In this document: positions 13,027 through 28,600 of the stretch, in pieces | Numbering within the stretch: the stretch's first letter is position 1 | Layout of the letters: every line of letters begins with the position of its first letter | Assembly: GCF_964355755.1 (NCBI RefSeq) | Contig: NC_092679.1 | Span: 9,903,432-9,967,431, forward strand | Direction: 5' to 3' | Length of the DNA: 64,000 nucleotides | Source: Antedon mediterranea | Lineage: Eukaryota > Animalia > Echinodermata | The notes under the pieces: generated by a model | What the model saw: the letters and a program-made list of their open reading frames with translations, nothing else | The model's database searches: none | What the model was told of the DNA's origin: nothing | Program-made: the position numbers and the translations under genes

Positions 13027-13618
13027 GATAGATAGATCAGCGAGAGAGAGATAGATCAGCTAAAGAGAGATAGATAGATCAGCGAGAGAGAGATAGATCA
13101 GCGAGAGAGATAGATTAGCGAGAGAGAGATAGATAGATGAGCGAGAGAGAGATAGATCAGCGAGAGAGAGATAGATCAGCGAGAGAGAGATAGATAGATG
13201 AGCGAGAGAGAGATAGATGAGCGAGAGAGAGATAGATCAGCGAGAGAGAGATAGTTCAGCGAGAGAGAGATAGATAGATCAACGAGAGAGAGATAGATAG
13301 ATCAGCGAGAGAGAGATAGATAGATCAGCGAGAGAGAGATAAATAGATCAGCGAGAGAGAGATAGATCAGCGAGAGAGAGAGAGATAGATCAGCGAGAAA
13401 GAGATAGATCAGCGAGAGAGATAGATAGATCAGCGAGAGAGAGATAGATCAGCGAGAGAGAGAGAGATAGATCAGCGAGAGAGAGAGAGAGAGATAGATC
13501 ATTGAAAGAGAGAGAGATAGATCAGCGAGAGAGAGATAGATCAGCGAGAGAGAGATAGATCAGCAAGAGGGAGAGATAGATCAGCGAGAGAGAGATAGAT
13601 CAGCGAGAGAGAGATAGA

Positions 13619-13649
<31 letters not shown>

Positions 13650-16600
13650 TAGATAAGCGAGAGAGAGAGATAGATCAGCGAGAGAGAGATAGATCAGCGA
13701 GAGAGAGATAGATAGATCAGCGAGAGAGAGATAGATCAGCTAAAGAGAGATAGATAGATCAGCGAGAGAGAGATAGATCAGCGAGAGAGATATATTAGCG
13801 AGAGAGAGATAGATAGATGAGCGAGAGAGAGATAGATCAGAGAGAGAGAGATAGATCAGCGAGAGAGAGATAGATCAGCGAGAGAGAGATAGATAGATCA
13901 GCGAGAGAGAGATAGATAGATCAGCGAGAGAGAGATAGATAGATCAGCGAGAGAGAGATAGTTAGATCAGCGAGAGAGAGATAGATCAGCGAGAGAGAGA
14001 GAGATAGATCAGCGAGAAAGAGATAGATCAGCGAGAGAGATAGATAGATCAGCGAGAGAGATAGATCAGCGAGAGAGAGATAGATCAGCGACAGAGAGAT
14101 AGATCAGCGAGAGAGATATAGATCAGCGAGAGAGATATAGATCAGCGAGAGAGAGATAGGTCAGCGAGAGATAGATAGATCAGCGAGAGAGAAAGAGATA
14201 GATCAGCAAGAGAGAGATAGATCAGCGAGAGAGAGAGATAGATCAGCGAGAGCGAGATAGATTAGCGAGAGAGAGATAGATCAGCGAGAGAGAGATAGAT
14301 CAGCGAGAGAGAGAGATAGATCAGCGAGAAAGAGATAGATCAGCGAGAGAGAGATAGATCAGCGAGAGAGATAGATCAGCGAGAGAGAGATAGATCAGCG
14401 AGAGAGAGAGATAGATCAGCGAGAGAGAGAAAGATCAGCGAGAGAGAGATAGGTCAGCGACAGAGAGATAGATCAGCGAGAGAGAGATAGATCAGCGAGA
14501 GAGATATAGATCAGCGAGAGAGAGATAGATCAGCGAGAGAGAGATAGATCAGCGAGAGAGAGAAAGATCAGTGAGAGAAAGATAGATCAGTGAGAGAGAG
14601 ATAGATCAGCGAGAGAGAGATAGATTAGCGAGAGAGAGATAGATCAGCGAGAGAGAGAGAGATAGATTAGAGAGAGAGAGAGAGAGATAGATCAGCGAGA
14701 GAGAGATAGATCAGCGAGAGAGAGATAGATTAGCAAAAGAGAGATAGATCAGCGAGAGAGAGATAGATCAGCGAGAGAGATCAGTGAGAGAGAGATAGAT
14801 CAGCGAGAGAGAGATAGATCAGCGAGAGAGATAGATCAGCGAGAGAGAGATAGATCAGCGAGAGAGAGATAGATCAGCGAGAGAGAGATAGATCAGCGAG
14901 AGAGAGATAGATCAGCGAGAGAGAGATAGATCAGCGAGAGAGAGATAGATCAGCGAGAGAGAGATAGATCAGCGAGTTAGAGAAAGATCAGCGAGAGAGA
15001 GATAGATCAGTGACAGAGAGATAGATCAGCGAGAGAGAGATAGATCAGCGAGAGAGATATAGATCAGCGAGAGAGAGATAGATCAGCGAGAGATAGATAG
15101 ATCAGCGAGAGAGAGATAGATCAGCGAGAGAGAGAGATAGATAGATCAGCGAGAGAGAGATAGATAGATCAGCGAGAGAGAGATAGATAGATCAGCGAGA
15201 GAGAGATAGTTAGATCAGCGAGAGAGAGATAGATCAGCGAGAGAGAGAGAGATAGATCAGCGAGAAAGAGATAGATCAGCGAGAGAGATAGATAGATCAG
15301 CGAGAGAGATAGATCAGCGAGAGAGAGATAGATCAGCGAGAGAGAGATAGGTCAGCGAGAGAGATATAGATCAGCGAGAGAGATATAGATCAGCGAGAGA
15401 GAGATAGGTCAGCGAGAGATAGATAGATCAGCGAGAGAGAGAGAGATAGATCAGCAAGAGAGAGATAGATCAGCGAGAGAGAGAGAGATAGATCAGCGAG
15501 AGCGAGATAGATTAGCGAGAGAGAGATAGATCAGCGAGAGAGAGATAGATCAGCGAGAGAGAGAGAGATAGATCAGCGAGAAAGAGATAGATCAGCGAGA
15601 GAGAGATAGATCAGCGAGAGAGATAGATCAGCGAGAGAGAGATAGATCAGCGAGAGAGAGAGATAGATCAGCGAGAGAGAGAAAGATCAGCGAGAGAGAG
15701 ATAGGTCAGCGACAGAGAGATAGATCAGCGAGAGAGAGATAGATCAGCGAGAGAGATATAGATCAGCGAGAGAGAAATAGATCAGCGAGAGAGAGATAGA
15801 TCAGCGAGAGAGAGAAAGATCAGTGAGAGAAAGATAGATCAGTGAGAGAGAGATAGATCAGCGAGAGAGAGATAGATTAGCGAGAGAGAGATAGATCAGC
15901 GAGAGAGAGAGAGATAGATTAGAGAGAGAGAGAGAGAGATAGATCAGCGAGAGAGAGATAGATCAGCGAGAGAGAGATAGATTAGCAAAAGAGAGATAGA
16001 TCAGCGAGAGAGAGATAGATCAGCGAGAGAGATCAGTGAGAGAGAGATAGATCAGCGAGAGAGAGATAGATCAGCGAGAGAGATAGATCAGCGAGAGAGA
16101 GATAGATCAGCGAGAGAGAGATAGATCAGCGAGAGAGAGATAGATCAGCGAGAGAGAGATAGATCAGCGAGAGAGAGATAGATCAGCGAGAGAGAGATAG
16201 ATCAGCGAGAGAGAGATAGATCAGCGAGATAGAGAAAGATCAGCGAGAGAGAGATAGATCAGTGACAGAGAGATAGATCAGCGAGAGAGAGATAGATCAG
16301 CGAGAGAGATATAGATCAGCGAGAGAGAGATAGATCAGCGAGAGATAGATAGATCAGCGAGAGAGATAGAGATAGATCAGCAAGAGAGAGATAGATCAGT
16401 GAGAGAGAGAGAGATAGATCAGCGAGAGCGAGATAGATTAGCGAGAGAGAGATAGATCAGCGAGAGAGAGATAGATCAGAGAGAGAGAGAGAGATAGATC
16501 AGCGAGAAAGAGATAGATCAGCGAGAGAGAGATAGATCAGCGAGAGAGAGAGAGAGATAGATCAGCGAGAGAGAGAGATAGATCAGCGAGAAAGAGATAG

Positions 16601-19600
16601 ATCAGCGAGAGAGAGATAGATCAGCGAGAGGGAGAGATAGATCAGTGAGAGAGATATAGATCAGCAAGAGAGAGATAGATCAGTGAGAGAGATAGATCAG
16701 CGAGAGAGAGATAGATCAGCGAGAGAGAGAGATAGATCAGCGAGAGAGAGAGATATATCAGCGAGAGAGAGAAAGATCAGCGAGAGAGAGATAGATCAGC
16801 GACAGAGAGATAGATCAGCGAGAGAGAGATAGATCAGCGAGAGAGATATATATCAGCGAGAGAGATAGATCAGCGAGAAAGAGATAGATCAGCGAGAGAG
16901 AGAAAGATCAGCGAGAGAGAGATAGATCAGCGAGAGAGAGATAGATCAGCGAGAGAGATAGATCAGCGAGAGAGAGAGATAGATCAGCGAGAGAGAGAGA
17001 GAGATAGATCAGCGAGAGAGAGATAGATCAGCGAGAGAGAGATAGATAAGCGAGAGAGAGATAGATTAGCGAGAGAGAGATAGATCAGCGAGAGAGAGAT
17101 AGATCAGCGAGAGAGAGAGATCAGCGAGAGAGAGAGATAGATCAGCGAAAGAGAGATAGATCAGCGAGAGAGAGATAGATAGATCAGCGAGAGAGAGATA
17201 GATAGATCAGCGAGAGAGAGATAGATCAGCGAAAGAGAGATAGATAGATCAGCGAGAGAGAGATAGATCAGCGAGAGAGATAGATCAGAGAGATAGATAG
17301 ATAGATGAGCGAGAGAGAGATAGATCAGCGAGAGAGAGAAAGATCAGCGAGAGAGAGATAGATCAGCGAGAGAGAGATAGATCAGCGAGAGAGATAGATC
17401 AGCGAGAGAGAGAGATAGATCAGCGAGAGAGAGAGAGATATAGATCAGCGAGAGAGAGATAGATCAGCGAGAGAGAGATAGATCAGCGAGAGAGAGATAG
17501 ATCAGCGAGATAGAGAAAGATCAGCGAGAGAGAGATAGATCAGTGACAGAGAGATAGATCAGCGAGAGAGAGATAGATCAGCGAGAGAGATATAGATCAG
17601 CGAGAGAGAGATAGATCAGCGAGAGATAGATAGATCAGCGAGAGAGATAGAGATAGATCAGCAAGAGAGAGATAGATTAGCGAGAGAGAGAGATAGATCA
17701 GCGAGAGCGAGATAGATTAGCGAGAGAGAGATAGATCAGCGACAGAGAGATAGATCAGAGAGAGAGAGAGAGATAGATCAGCGAGAAAGAGATAGATCAG
17801 CGAGAGAGAGATAGATCAGCGAGAGAGAGAGAGAGATAGATCAGGGAGAGAGAGAGATAGATCAGCGAGAAAGAGATAGATCAGCGAGAGAGAGATAGAT
17901 CAGCGAGAGGGAGAGATAGATCAGTGAGAGAGATATAGATCAGCAAGAGAGAGATAGATCAGCGAGAGAGATAGATCAGCGAGAGAGAGATAGATCAGCG
18001 AGAGAGAGAGATAGATCAGCGAGAGAGAGAGATATATCAGCGAGAGAGAGAAAGATCAGCGAGAGAGAGATAGATCAGCGACAGAGAGATAGATCAGCGA
18101 GAGAGAGATAGATCAGCGAGAGAGATATATATCAGCGAGAGAGATAGATCAGCGAGAAAGAGATAGATCAGCGAGAGAGAGAAAGATCAGCGAGAGAGAT
18201 AGATCAGCGAGAGAGAGATAGATCAGCGAGAGAGATAGATCAGCGAGAGAGAGAGATAGATCAGCGAGAGAGAGAGAGAGATAGATCAGCGAGAGAGAGA
18301 TAGATCAGCGAGAGAGAGATAGATAAGCGAGAGAGAGATAGATTAGTGAGAGAGAGATAGATCAGCGAGAGAGAGATAGATCAGCGAGAGAGAGAGATCA
18401 GCGAGAGAGAGAGATAGATCAGCGAAAGAGAGATAGATCAGCGAGAGAGAGATAGATAGATCAGCGAGAGAGAGATAGATAGATCAGCGAGAGAGAGATA
18501 GATCAGCGAAAGAGAGATAGATAGATCAGCGAGAGAGAGATAGATCAGCGAGAGAGATAGATCAGAGAGATAGATAGATAGATGAGCGAGAGAGAGATAG
18601 ATCAGCGAGAGAGATAGATCAGCGAGAGAGAGATAGATCAGCGAGAGAGAGATATATAGATCAGCGAGAGGGAGATAGATAGATCAGCGAGAGAGAGATA
18701 GATAGATCAGCGAGAGAGGGATAGATAGATCAGCGAGAGAGAGATAGATAGATCAGCGAGAGAGAAATAGATGAGCGAGAGAGAGATAGATCAGCGAGAG
18801 AGATAGATAGATCAGCGAGAGAGAGAGAGATAGATAGATCAGCGAGAGAAAGAGATAGATCAGCGGGAGAGAGATAGATCAGCGAGAGAGAGATAGTTCA
18901 GCGAGAGGGATAGATAGATCAGCGAGAGAGAGATAGATCAGCTAAAGAGAGATAGATAGATCAGCGAGAGAGAGATAGATCAGCGAGAGAGATAGATTAG
19001 CGAGAGAGAGATAGATAGATGAGCGAGAGAGAGATAGATCAGCGAGAGAGAGATAGATCAGCGAGAGAGAGATAGATAGATCAGCGAGAGAGAGATAGAT
19101 AGATAGATCAGCGAGAGAGAGATAGATAGATCAGCGAGAGAGAGATAGATAGATCAGCGAGAGAGAGATAGATCAGCGAGAGAGAGAGATAGATCAGCGA
19201 GAAAGAGATAGATCAGCGAGAGAGATAGATAGATAAGCGAGAGAGAGATAGATCAGCGAGAGAGAGAGAGATAGATCAGCGAGAGAGAAAGAGAGAGAGA
19301 TAGATCATTGAAAGAGAGAGAGATAGATCAGCGAGAGAGAGATAGATCAGCGAGAGAGAGATAGATCAGCAAGAGGGAGAGATAGATACGCGAGAGAGAG
19401 ATAGATCAGCGAGAGAGAGATAGATCAGCGAGAGAGAGAGGGAGAGAGAGAGATAGATAAGCGAGAGAGAGAGATAGATCAGCGAGAGAGAGATAGATCA
19501 GCGAGAGAGAGATAGATCAGCTAAAGAGAGATAGATAGATCAGCGAGAGAGAGATAGATCAGCGAGAGAGATATATTAGCGAGAGAGAGATAGATAGATG

Positions 19601-22600
19601 AGCGAGAGAGAGATAGATCAGAGACAGAGAGATAGATCAGCGAGAGAGAGATAGATCAGCGAGAGAGAGATAGATAGATCAGCGAGAGAGAGATAGATAG
19701 ATCAGCGAGAGAGAGATAGATAGATCAGCGAGAGAGAGATAGATCAGCGAGAGAGAGAGAGATAGATCAGCGAGAAAGAGATAGATCAGCGAGAGAGATA
19801 GATAGATCAGCGAGAGAGATAGATCAGCGAGAGAGAGATAGATCAGCGACAGAGAGATAGATCAGCGAGAGAGATATAGATCAGCGAGAGAGATATAGAT
19901 CAGCGAGAGAGAGATAGGTCAGCGAGAGATAGATAGATCAGCGAGAGAGAGAGAGAGAGATAGATCAGCAAGAGAGAGATAGATCAGCGAGAGAGAGAGA
20001 TAGATCAGCGAGAGCGAGATAGATTAGCGAGAGAGAGATAGATCAGCGAGAGAGAGATAGATCAGCGAGAGAGAGAGAGATAGATCAGCGAGAAAGAGAT
20101 AGATCAGCGAGAGAGAGATAGATCAGCGAGAGAGATAGATCAGCGAGAGAGAGAGATAGATCAGCGAGAGAGAGAAAGATCAGCGAGAGAGAGATAGGTC
20201 AGCGACAGAGAGATAGATCAGCGAGAGAGAGATAGATCAGCGAGAGAGATATAGATCAGCGAGAGAGAGATAGATCAGCGAGAGAGAGATAGATCAGCGA
20301 GAGAGAGAAAGATCAGTGAGAGAGAGATAGATCAGTGAGAGAGAGATAGATCAGCGAGAGAGAGATAGATTAGCGAGAGAGAGATAGATCAGCGAGAGAG
20401 AGAGAGATAGATTAGAGAGAGAGAGAGAGAGAGATAGATCAGCGAGAGAGAGATAGATCAGCGAGAGAGAGATAGATTAGCAAAAGAGAGATAGATCAGC
20501 GAGAGAGAGATAGATCAGCGAGAGAGATCAGTGAGAGAGAGATAGATCAGCGAGAGAGAGATAGATCAGCGAGAGAGATAGATCAGCGAGAGAGAGATAG
20601 ATCAGCGAGAGAGAGATAGATCAGCGAGAGAGAGATAGATCAGCGAGAGAGAGATAGATCAGCTAGAGAGAGATAGATCAGCGAGAGAGAGATAGATCAG
20701 CGAGAGAGAGATAGATCAGCGAGATAGAGAAAGATCAGCGAGAGAGAGATAGATCAGTGACAGAGAGATAGATCAGCGAGAGAGAGATAGATCAGCGAGA
20801 GAGATATAGATCAGCGAGAGAGAGATAGATCAGCGAGAGATAGATAGATCAGCGAGAGAGAGATAGATCAGCGAGAGAGAGAGATAGATCAGCGAGAAAG
20901 AGATAGATCAGCGAGAGAGATAGATAGATCAGCGAGAGAGATAGATCAGCGAGAGAGAGATAGATCAGCGACAGAGAGATAGATCAGCGAGAGAGATATA
21001 GATCAGCGAGAGAGATATAGATCAGCGAGAGAGAGATAGGTCAGCGAGAGATAGATAGATCAGCGAGAGAGAGAGAGAGATAGATCAGCAAGAGAGAGAT
21101 AGATCAGCGAGAGAGAGAGATAGATCAGCGAGAGCGAGATAGATTAGCGAGAGAGAGATAGATCAGCGAGAGAGAGATAGATCAGCGAGAGAGAGAGAGA
21201 TAGATCAGCGAGAAAGAGATAGATCAGCGAGAGAGAGATAGATCAGCGAGAGAGATAGATCAGCGAGAGAGAGAGATAGATCAGCGAGAGAGAGAAAGAT
21301 CAGCGAGAGAGAGATAGGTCAGCGACAGAGAGATAGATCAGCGAGAGAGAGATAGATCAGCGAGAGAGATATAGATCAGCGAGAGAGAGATAGATCAGCG
21401 AGAGAGAGATAGATCAGCGAGAGAGAGAAAGATCAGTGAGAGAGAGATAGATCAGTGAGAGAGAGATAGATCAGCGAGAGAGAGATAGATTAGCGAGAGA
21501 GAGATAGATCAGCGAGAGAGAGAGAGATAGATTAGAGAGAGAGAGAGAGAGAGATAGATCAGCGAGAGAGAGATAGATCAGCGAGAGAGAGATAGATTAG
21601 CAAAAGAGAGATAGATCAGCGAGAGAGAGATAGATCAGCGAGAGAGATCAGTGAGAGAGAGATAGATCAGCGAGAGAGAGATAGATCAGCGAGAGAGATA
21701 GATCAGCGAGAGAGAGATAGATCAGCGAGAGAGAGATAGATCAGCGAGAGAGAGATAGATCAGCGAGAGAGAGATAGATCAGCTAGAGAGAGATAGATCA
21801 GCGAGAGAGAGATAGATCAGCGAGAGAGAGATAGATCAGCGAGATAGAGAAAGATCAGCGAGAGAGAGATAGATCAGTGACAGAGAGATAGATCAGCGAG
21901 AGAGAGATAGATCAGCGAGAGAGATATAGATCAGCGAGAGAGAGATAGATCAGCGAGAGATAGATAGATCAGCGAGAGAGATAGAGATAGATCAGCAAGA
22001 GAGAGATAGATCAGCGAGAGAGAGAGATAGATCAGCGAGAGCGAGATAGATTAGCGAGAGAGAGATAGATCAGCGAGAGAGAGATAGATCAGAGAGAGAG
22101 AGAGAGAGAGATCAGCGAGAAAGAGATAGATCAGCGAGAGAGATAGATCAGCGAGAGAGAGATAGATCAGCGAGAGAGAGAGAGAGATAGATCAGCGAGA
22201 GAGAGAGATAGATCAGCGAGAAAGAGATAGATCAGCGAGAGAGAGATAGATCAGCGAGAGGGAGAGATAGATCAGTGAGAGAGATATAGATCAGCAAGAG
22301 AGAGATAGATCAGCGAGAGAGATAGATCAGCGAGAGAGAGATAGATCAGCGAGAGAGAGAGATATATCAGCGAGAGAGAGAAAGATCAGCGAGAGAGAGA
22401 TAGATCAGCGACAGAGAGATAGATCAGCGAGAGAGAGATAGATCAGCGAGAGAGATATATATCAGCGAGAGAAAGATAGATCAGCGAGAAAGAGATAGAT
22501 CAGCGAGAGAGAGAAAGATCAGCGAGAGAGAGATAGATTAGCGAGAGAGAGATAGATCAGCGAGAGAGATAGATCAGCGAGAGAGAGAGATAGATCAGCG

Positions 22601-25600
22601 AGAGAGAGAGAGAGATAGATCAGCGAGAGAGAGATAGATCAGCGAGAGAGAGATAGATAAGCGAGAGATAGATAGATTAGCGAGAGAGAGATAGATCAGC
22701 GAGAGAGAGATAGATCAGCGAGAGAGAGAGATCAGCGAGAGAGAGAGATAGATCAGCGAAAGAGAGATAGATCAGCGAGAGAGAGATAGATAGATCAGCG
22801 AGAGAGAGATAGATAGATAAGCGAGAGAGAGATAGATCAGCGAAAGAGAGATAGATAGATCAGCGAGAGAGAGATAGATCAGCGAGAGAGATAGATCAGC
22901 GAGAGAGAGATAGATAGATGAGCGAGAGAGAGATAGATCAGCGAGAGAGAGATAGATCAGCGAGAGAGAGATAGATCAGCGAGAGAGAGATAGATAGATC
23001 AGCGAGAGAGAGATAGATAGATCAGCGAGAGAGAGATAGATAGATCAGCGAGAGAGGGATAGATAGATCAGCGAGAGAGAGATAGATAGATCAGCGAGAG
23101 AGAAATAGATGAGCGAGAGAGAGATAGATCAGCGAGAGAGATAGATAGATCAGCGAGAGAGAGAGAGATAGATAGATCAGCGAGAGAAAGAGATAGATCA
23201 GCGGGAGAGAGATAGATCAGCGAGAGAGAGATAGATCAGCGAGAGGGATAGATAGATCAGCGAGAGAGAGATAGATCAGCTAAAGAGAGATAGATAGATC
23301 AGCGAGAGAGAGATAGATCAGCGAGAGAGATAGATTAGCGAGAGAGAGATAGATAGATGAGCGAGAGAGAGATAGATCAGCGAGAGAGAGATAGATCAGC
23401 GAGAGAGAGATAGATCAGCGAGAGAGAGATAGATAGATCAGCGAGAGAGAGATAGATAGATAGATCAGCGAGAGAGAGATAGATAGATCAGCGAGAGAGA
23501 GATAGATCAGCGAGAGAGAGAGATAGATCAGCGAGAAAGAGATAGATCAGCGAGAGAGATAGATAGATAAGCGAGAGAGAGATAGATCAGCGAGAGAGAG
23601 AGAGAGATAGATCAGCGAGAGAGAAAGAGAGAGAGATAGATCAGCGAAAGAGAGAGAGATAGATCAGCGAGAGAGAGATAGATCAGCGAGATAGAGATAG
23701 ATCAGCGAGAGGGAGAGATAGATCAGCGAGAGAGAGAGATAGATCAGCGAGAGAGAGATAGATCAGCGAGAGAGAGATAGATCAGCGAGAGAGATAGATC
23801 AGCGAGAGAGAGATAGATAGATCAGCGAGAGAGAGAGATAGATCAGCGAGAGAGAGAAAGATCAGCGAGAGAGAGATAGGTCAGCGACAGAGAGATAGAT
23901 CAGCGAGGGAGAGATAGATCAGCGAGAGAGATATAGATCAGCGAGAGAGAGATAGATCAGCGAGAGAGAGATAGATCAGCGAGAGAGAGAAAGATCAGCG
24001 AGAGAGAGATAGATCAGTGAGAGAGAGATAGATCAGCGAGAGAGAGATAGATTAGCGAGAGAGAGATAGATCAGCGAGAGAGAGAGAGATAGATCAGAGA
24101 GAGAGAGATAGATCAGCGAGAGAGAGATAGATCAGCGAGAGAGTGATAGATTAGCAAGAGAGAGATAGATCAGCAAGAGAGATAGATCAGCGAGAGAGAG
24201 AGAGATCAGCGAGAGAGAGATAGATCAGCGAGAGAGAGATAGATCAGCGAGAGAGAGATAGATCAGCGAGAGAGAGATAGATAGATCAGCGAGAGAGAGA
24301 TAGATCAGCGAGAGAGATATAGATCAGCGAGAGAGAGATAGATCAGCGAGAGATAGATAGATCAGCGAGAGAGAGAGAGAGAGATAGATCAGCAAGAGAG
24401 AGATAGATCAGCGAGAGAGAGAGATAGATCAGCGAGAGCGAGATAGATTAGCGAGAGAGAGATAGATCAGCGAGAGAGAGATAGATCAGCGAGAGAGAGA
24501 GAGATAGATCAGCGAGAAAGAGATAGATCAGCGAGAGAGAAAGATAGATCAGCGAGAGAGAGATAGATCAGCGAGAGAGAGAGAGATAGATCAGCGAGAG
24601 AGAGAGAGATAGATCAACGAGAGAGAGATAGATCAGCGAGAGAGAGATAGATCAGCGAGAGGGAGAGATAGATCAGTGAGAGAGATATAGATCAGCGAGA
24701 GAGAGATAGATCAGCGAGAGAGAGATAGATCAGCGAGAGAGAGAGAGATAGATCAGCGAGAGAGAGAGATAGATCAGCGAGAGAGAGAAAGATCAGCGAG
24801 AGAGAGATAGATCAGCGACAGAGAGATAGATCAGCGAGAGAGAGATAGATCAGCGAGAGAGAGAGACGTCAGCGAGAGAGAGAGATAGATCAGCGAGAGA
24901 GAGATAGATCAGTGAGAGAGAGATAGATAGATCAGCGAGAGAGAGATAGATCAGCGAAAGAGAGATAGATAGATCAGCGAGAGAGAGATAGATCAGCGAG
25001 AGAGATAGATTAGCGAGAGAGAGATAGATAGATGAGCGAGAGAGAGATAGATCAGCGAGAGAGAGATAGATGAGCGAGAGAGAGATAGATCAGCGAGAGA
25101 GAGATAGATCAGCGAGAGAGAGATAGATAGATCAGCGAGAGAGAGATAGATAGATCAGCGAGAGAGAGAGATAGATAGATCAGCGAGAGAGAGATAGATA
25201 GATCAGCGAGAGAGAGATAGATGAGCGAGAGAGAGATAGATCAGCGAGAGAGAGATAGATCAGCGAGAGAGAGAGAGAGAGATAGATAAGCGAGAGAGAG
25301 AGATAGATCAGCGAGAGAGAGATAGATCAGCGAGAGAGAGATAGATCAGCGAGAGGGAGAGATAGATCAGCGAGAGAGAGATAGATCAGCGAGAGAGAGA
25401 TAGATCAGCGAGAGAGATAGTTCAGCGAGAGAGAGATAGATCAGCGAGAGAGAGATAGATCAGCGAGAGAGAGAGATGGATCAGCGAGAGAGAGAGAGAG
25501 ATAGATCAGCGAGATAGAGAAAGATCTGCGAGAGAGAGAGATAGATCAGCGAGAGAGAGATAGATCAGCGAGAGAGAGATAGATCAGCGAGAGAGAGATA

Positions 25601-28600
25601 GATCAGCGAGAGAGAGAAAGATCAGCTAGAGAGAGAGAGATAGATAAGCGAGATAGAGAAAGATCAGCGAGAGAGAGATAGATCAGCGACAGAGAGATAT
25701 ATCAGCGAGAGAGATATAGATCAGCGAGAGAGATATTGATCAGCGAGAGAGAGATAGGTCAGCGAGAGATAGATAGAACAGCGAGAGAGAGATAGATCAG
25801 CGAGAGAGAGAGAGATAGATCAGCGAGAAAGAGATAGATCAGCGAGAGAGATAGATAGATCAGCGAGAGAGATAGATAGATCAGCGAGAGAGAGATAGAT
25901 CAGCGAGAGAGAGAGAGAGATAGATCAGCGAGAGAGAGAGAGAGAGAGATAGATCAGCGAGAGAGAGATAGATCAGCGAGAGAGAGATAGATCAGCGAGA
26001 GGGAGAGATAGATCAGCGAGAGAGATATAGATCAGCGAGAGAGAGATAGATCAGCGAGAGAGAGATAGATCAGCGAGAGAGAGAGAGATAGATCAGCGAG
26101 AGAGAGAAAGATCAGCGAGAGAGAGATAGATCAGCGACAGAGAGATAGATCAGCGAGAGAAAGATAGATCAGCGAGAGAGAGAGATCAGCGAGAGAGAGA
26201 GAGATAGATCAGCGAGAGAGAGATAGATCAGCGAGAGAGAGATAGATAGATCAGCGAGAGAGAGATAGATAGATAGATCAGCGAGAGAGAGATAGATAGA
26301 TCAGCGAGAGAGAGATAGATAGATCAGCGAGAGAGAGATAGATCAGCGAGAGAGAGAGAGATAGATCAGCGAGAAAGAGATAGATCAGCGAGAGAGATAG
26401 ATAGATCAGCGAGAGAGAGATAGATCAGCGAGAGAGAGAGAGAGATAGATCAGCGAGAGAGAAAGAGAGAGAGATAGATCAGCGAAAGAAAGAGAGATAG
26501 ATCAGCGAGAGAGAGATAGATCAGCGAGAGAGAGATAGATCAGCGAGAGGGAGAGATAGATCAGCGAGAGAGAGATAGATCAGCGAGAGGGAGAGATAGA
26601 TCAGTGAGAGAGATATAGATCAGCGAGAGAGAGATAGATCAGCGAGAGAGAGATAGATCAGCGAGAGAGAGAGATAGATCAGCGAGAGAGAGATAGATCA
26701 GCGAGAGAGATAGATCAGCGAGAGAGAGATAGATAGATCAGCGAGAGAGAGAGATAGATCAGCGAGAGAGAGAAAGATCAGCGAGAGAGAGATAGGTCAG
26801 CGACAGAGAGATAGATCAGTGACAGAGAGATAGATCAGCGAGAGAGATATAGATCAGCGAGAGAGAGATAGATCAGCGAGAGAGAGATAGATCAGCGAGA
26901 GAGAGAAAGATCAGCGAGAGAGATAGATCAGTGAGAGAGAGATAGATCAGCGAGAGAGAGATAGATAGATCAGCAAGAGAGAGATAGATCAGCGAGAGAG
27001 AGATAGATCAGTGAGAGAGAGATAGATCAGCGAGAGAGAGATAGATAGATCAGCGAGAGAGAGATAGATCAGCGAGAGAGAGATAGATCAGCGAGAGAGA
27101 GATAGATCAGCGAGAGAGATAGATCAGCGAGAGAGAGATAGATAGATGAGCGAGAGAGAGATAGATCAGCGAGAGAGAGATAGATCAGCGAGAGAGAGAT
27201 AGATCAGCGAGAGAGAGATAGATAGATCAGCGAGAGAGAGATAGATAGATCAGCGAGAGAGAGATAGATAGATCAGCGAGAGAGGGATAGATAGATCAGC
27301 GAGAGAGAGATAGATAGATCAGCGAGAGAGAAATAGATGAGCGAGAGAGAGATAGATCAGCGAGAGAGATAGATAGATCAGCGAGAGAGAGAGAGATAGA
27401 TAGATCAGCGAGAGAAAGAGATAGATCAGCGGGAGAGAGATAGATCAGCGAGAGAGAGATAGATCAGCGAGAGGGATAGATAGATCAGCGAGAGAGAGAT
27501 AGATCAGCTAAAGAGAGATAGATAGATCAGCGAGAGAGAGATAGATCAGCGAGAGAGATAGATTAGCGAGAGAGAGATAGATAGATGAGCGAGAGAGAGA
27601 TAGATCAGCGAGAGAGAGATAGATCAGCGAGAGAGAGATAGATCAGCGAGAGAGAGATAGATAGATCAGCGAGAGAGAGATAGATAGATAGATCAGCGAG
27701 AGAGAGATAGATAGATCAGCGAGAGAGAGATAGATCAGCGAGAGAGAGAGATAGATCAGCGAGAAAGAGATAGATCAGCGAGAGAGATAGATAGATAAGC
27801 GAGAGAGAGATAGATCAGCGAGAGAGAGAGAGAGATAGATCAGCGAGAGAGAAAGAGAGAGAGATAGATCAGCGAAAGAGAGAGAGATAGATCAGCGAGA
27901 GAGAGATAGATCAGCGAGATAGAGATAGATCAGCGAGAGGGAGAGATAGATCAGCGAGAGAGAGAGATAGATCAGCGAGAGAGAGATAGATCAGCGAGAG
28001 AGAGATAGATCAGCGAGAGAGATAGATCAGCGAGAGAGAGATAGATAGATCAGCGAGAGAGAGAGATAGATCAGCGAGAGAGAGAAAGATCAGCGAGAGA
28101 GAGATAGGTCAGCGACAGAGAGATAGATCAGCGAGGGAGAGATAGATCAGCGAGAGAGATATAGATCAGCGAGAGAGAGATAGATCAGCGAGAGAGAGAT
28201 AGATCAGCGAGAGAGAGAAAGATCAGCGAGAGAGAGATAGATCAGTGAGAGAGAGATAGATCAGCGAGAGAGAGATAGATTAGCGAGAGAGAGATAGATC
28301 AGCGAGAGAGAGAGAGATAGATCAGAGAGAGAGAGATAGATCAGCGAGAGAGAGATAGATCAGCGAGAGAGTGATAGATTAGCAAGAGAGAGATAGATCA
28401 GCAAGAGAGATAGATCAGCGAGAGAGAGAGAGATCAGCGAGAGAGAGATAGATCAGCGAGAGAGAGATAGATCAGCGAGAGAGAGATAGATCAGCGAGAG
28501 AGAGATAGATAGATCAGCGAGAGAGAGATAGATCAGCGAGAGAGATATAGATCAGCGAGAGAGAGATAGATCAGCGAGAGATAGATAGATCAGCGAGAGA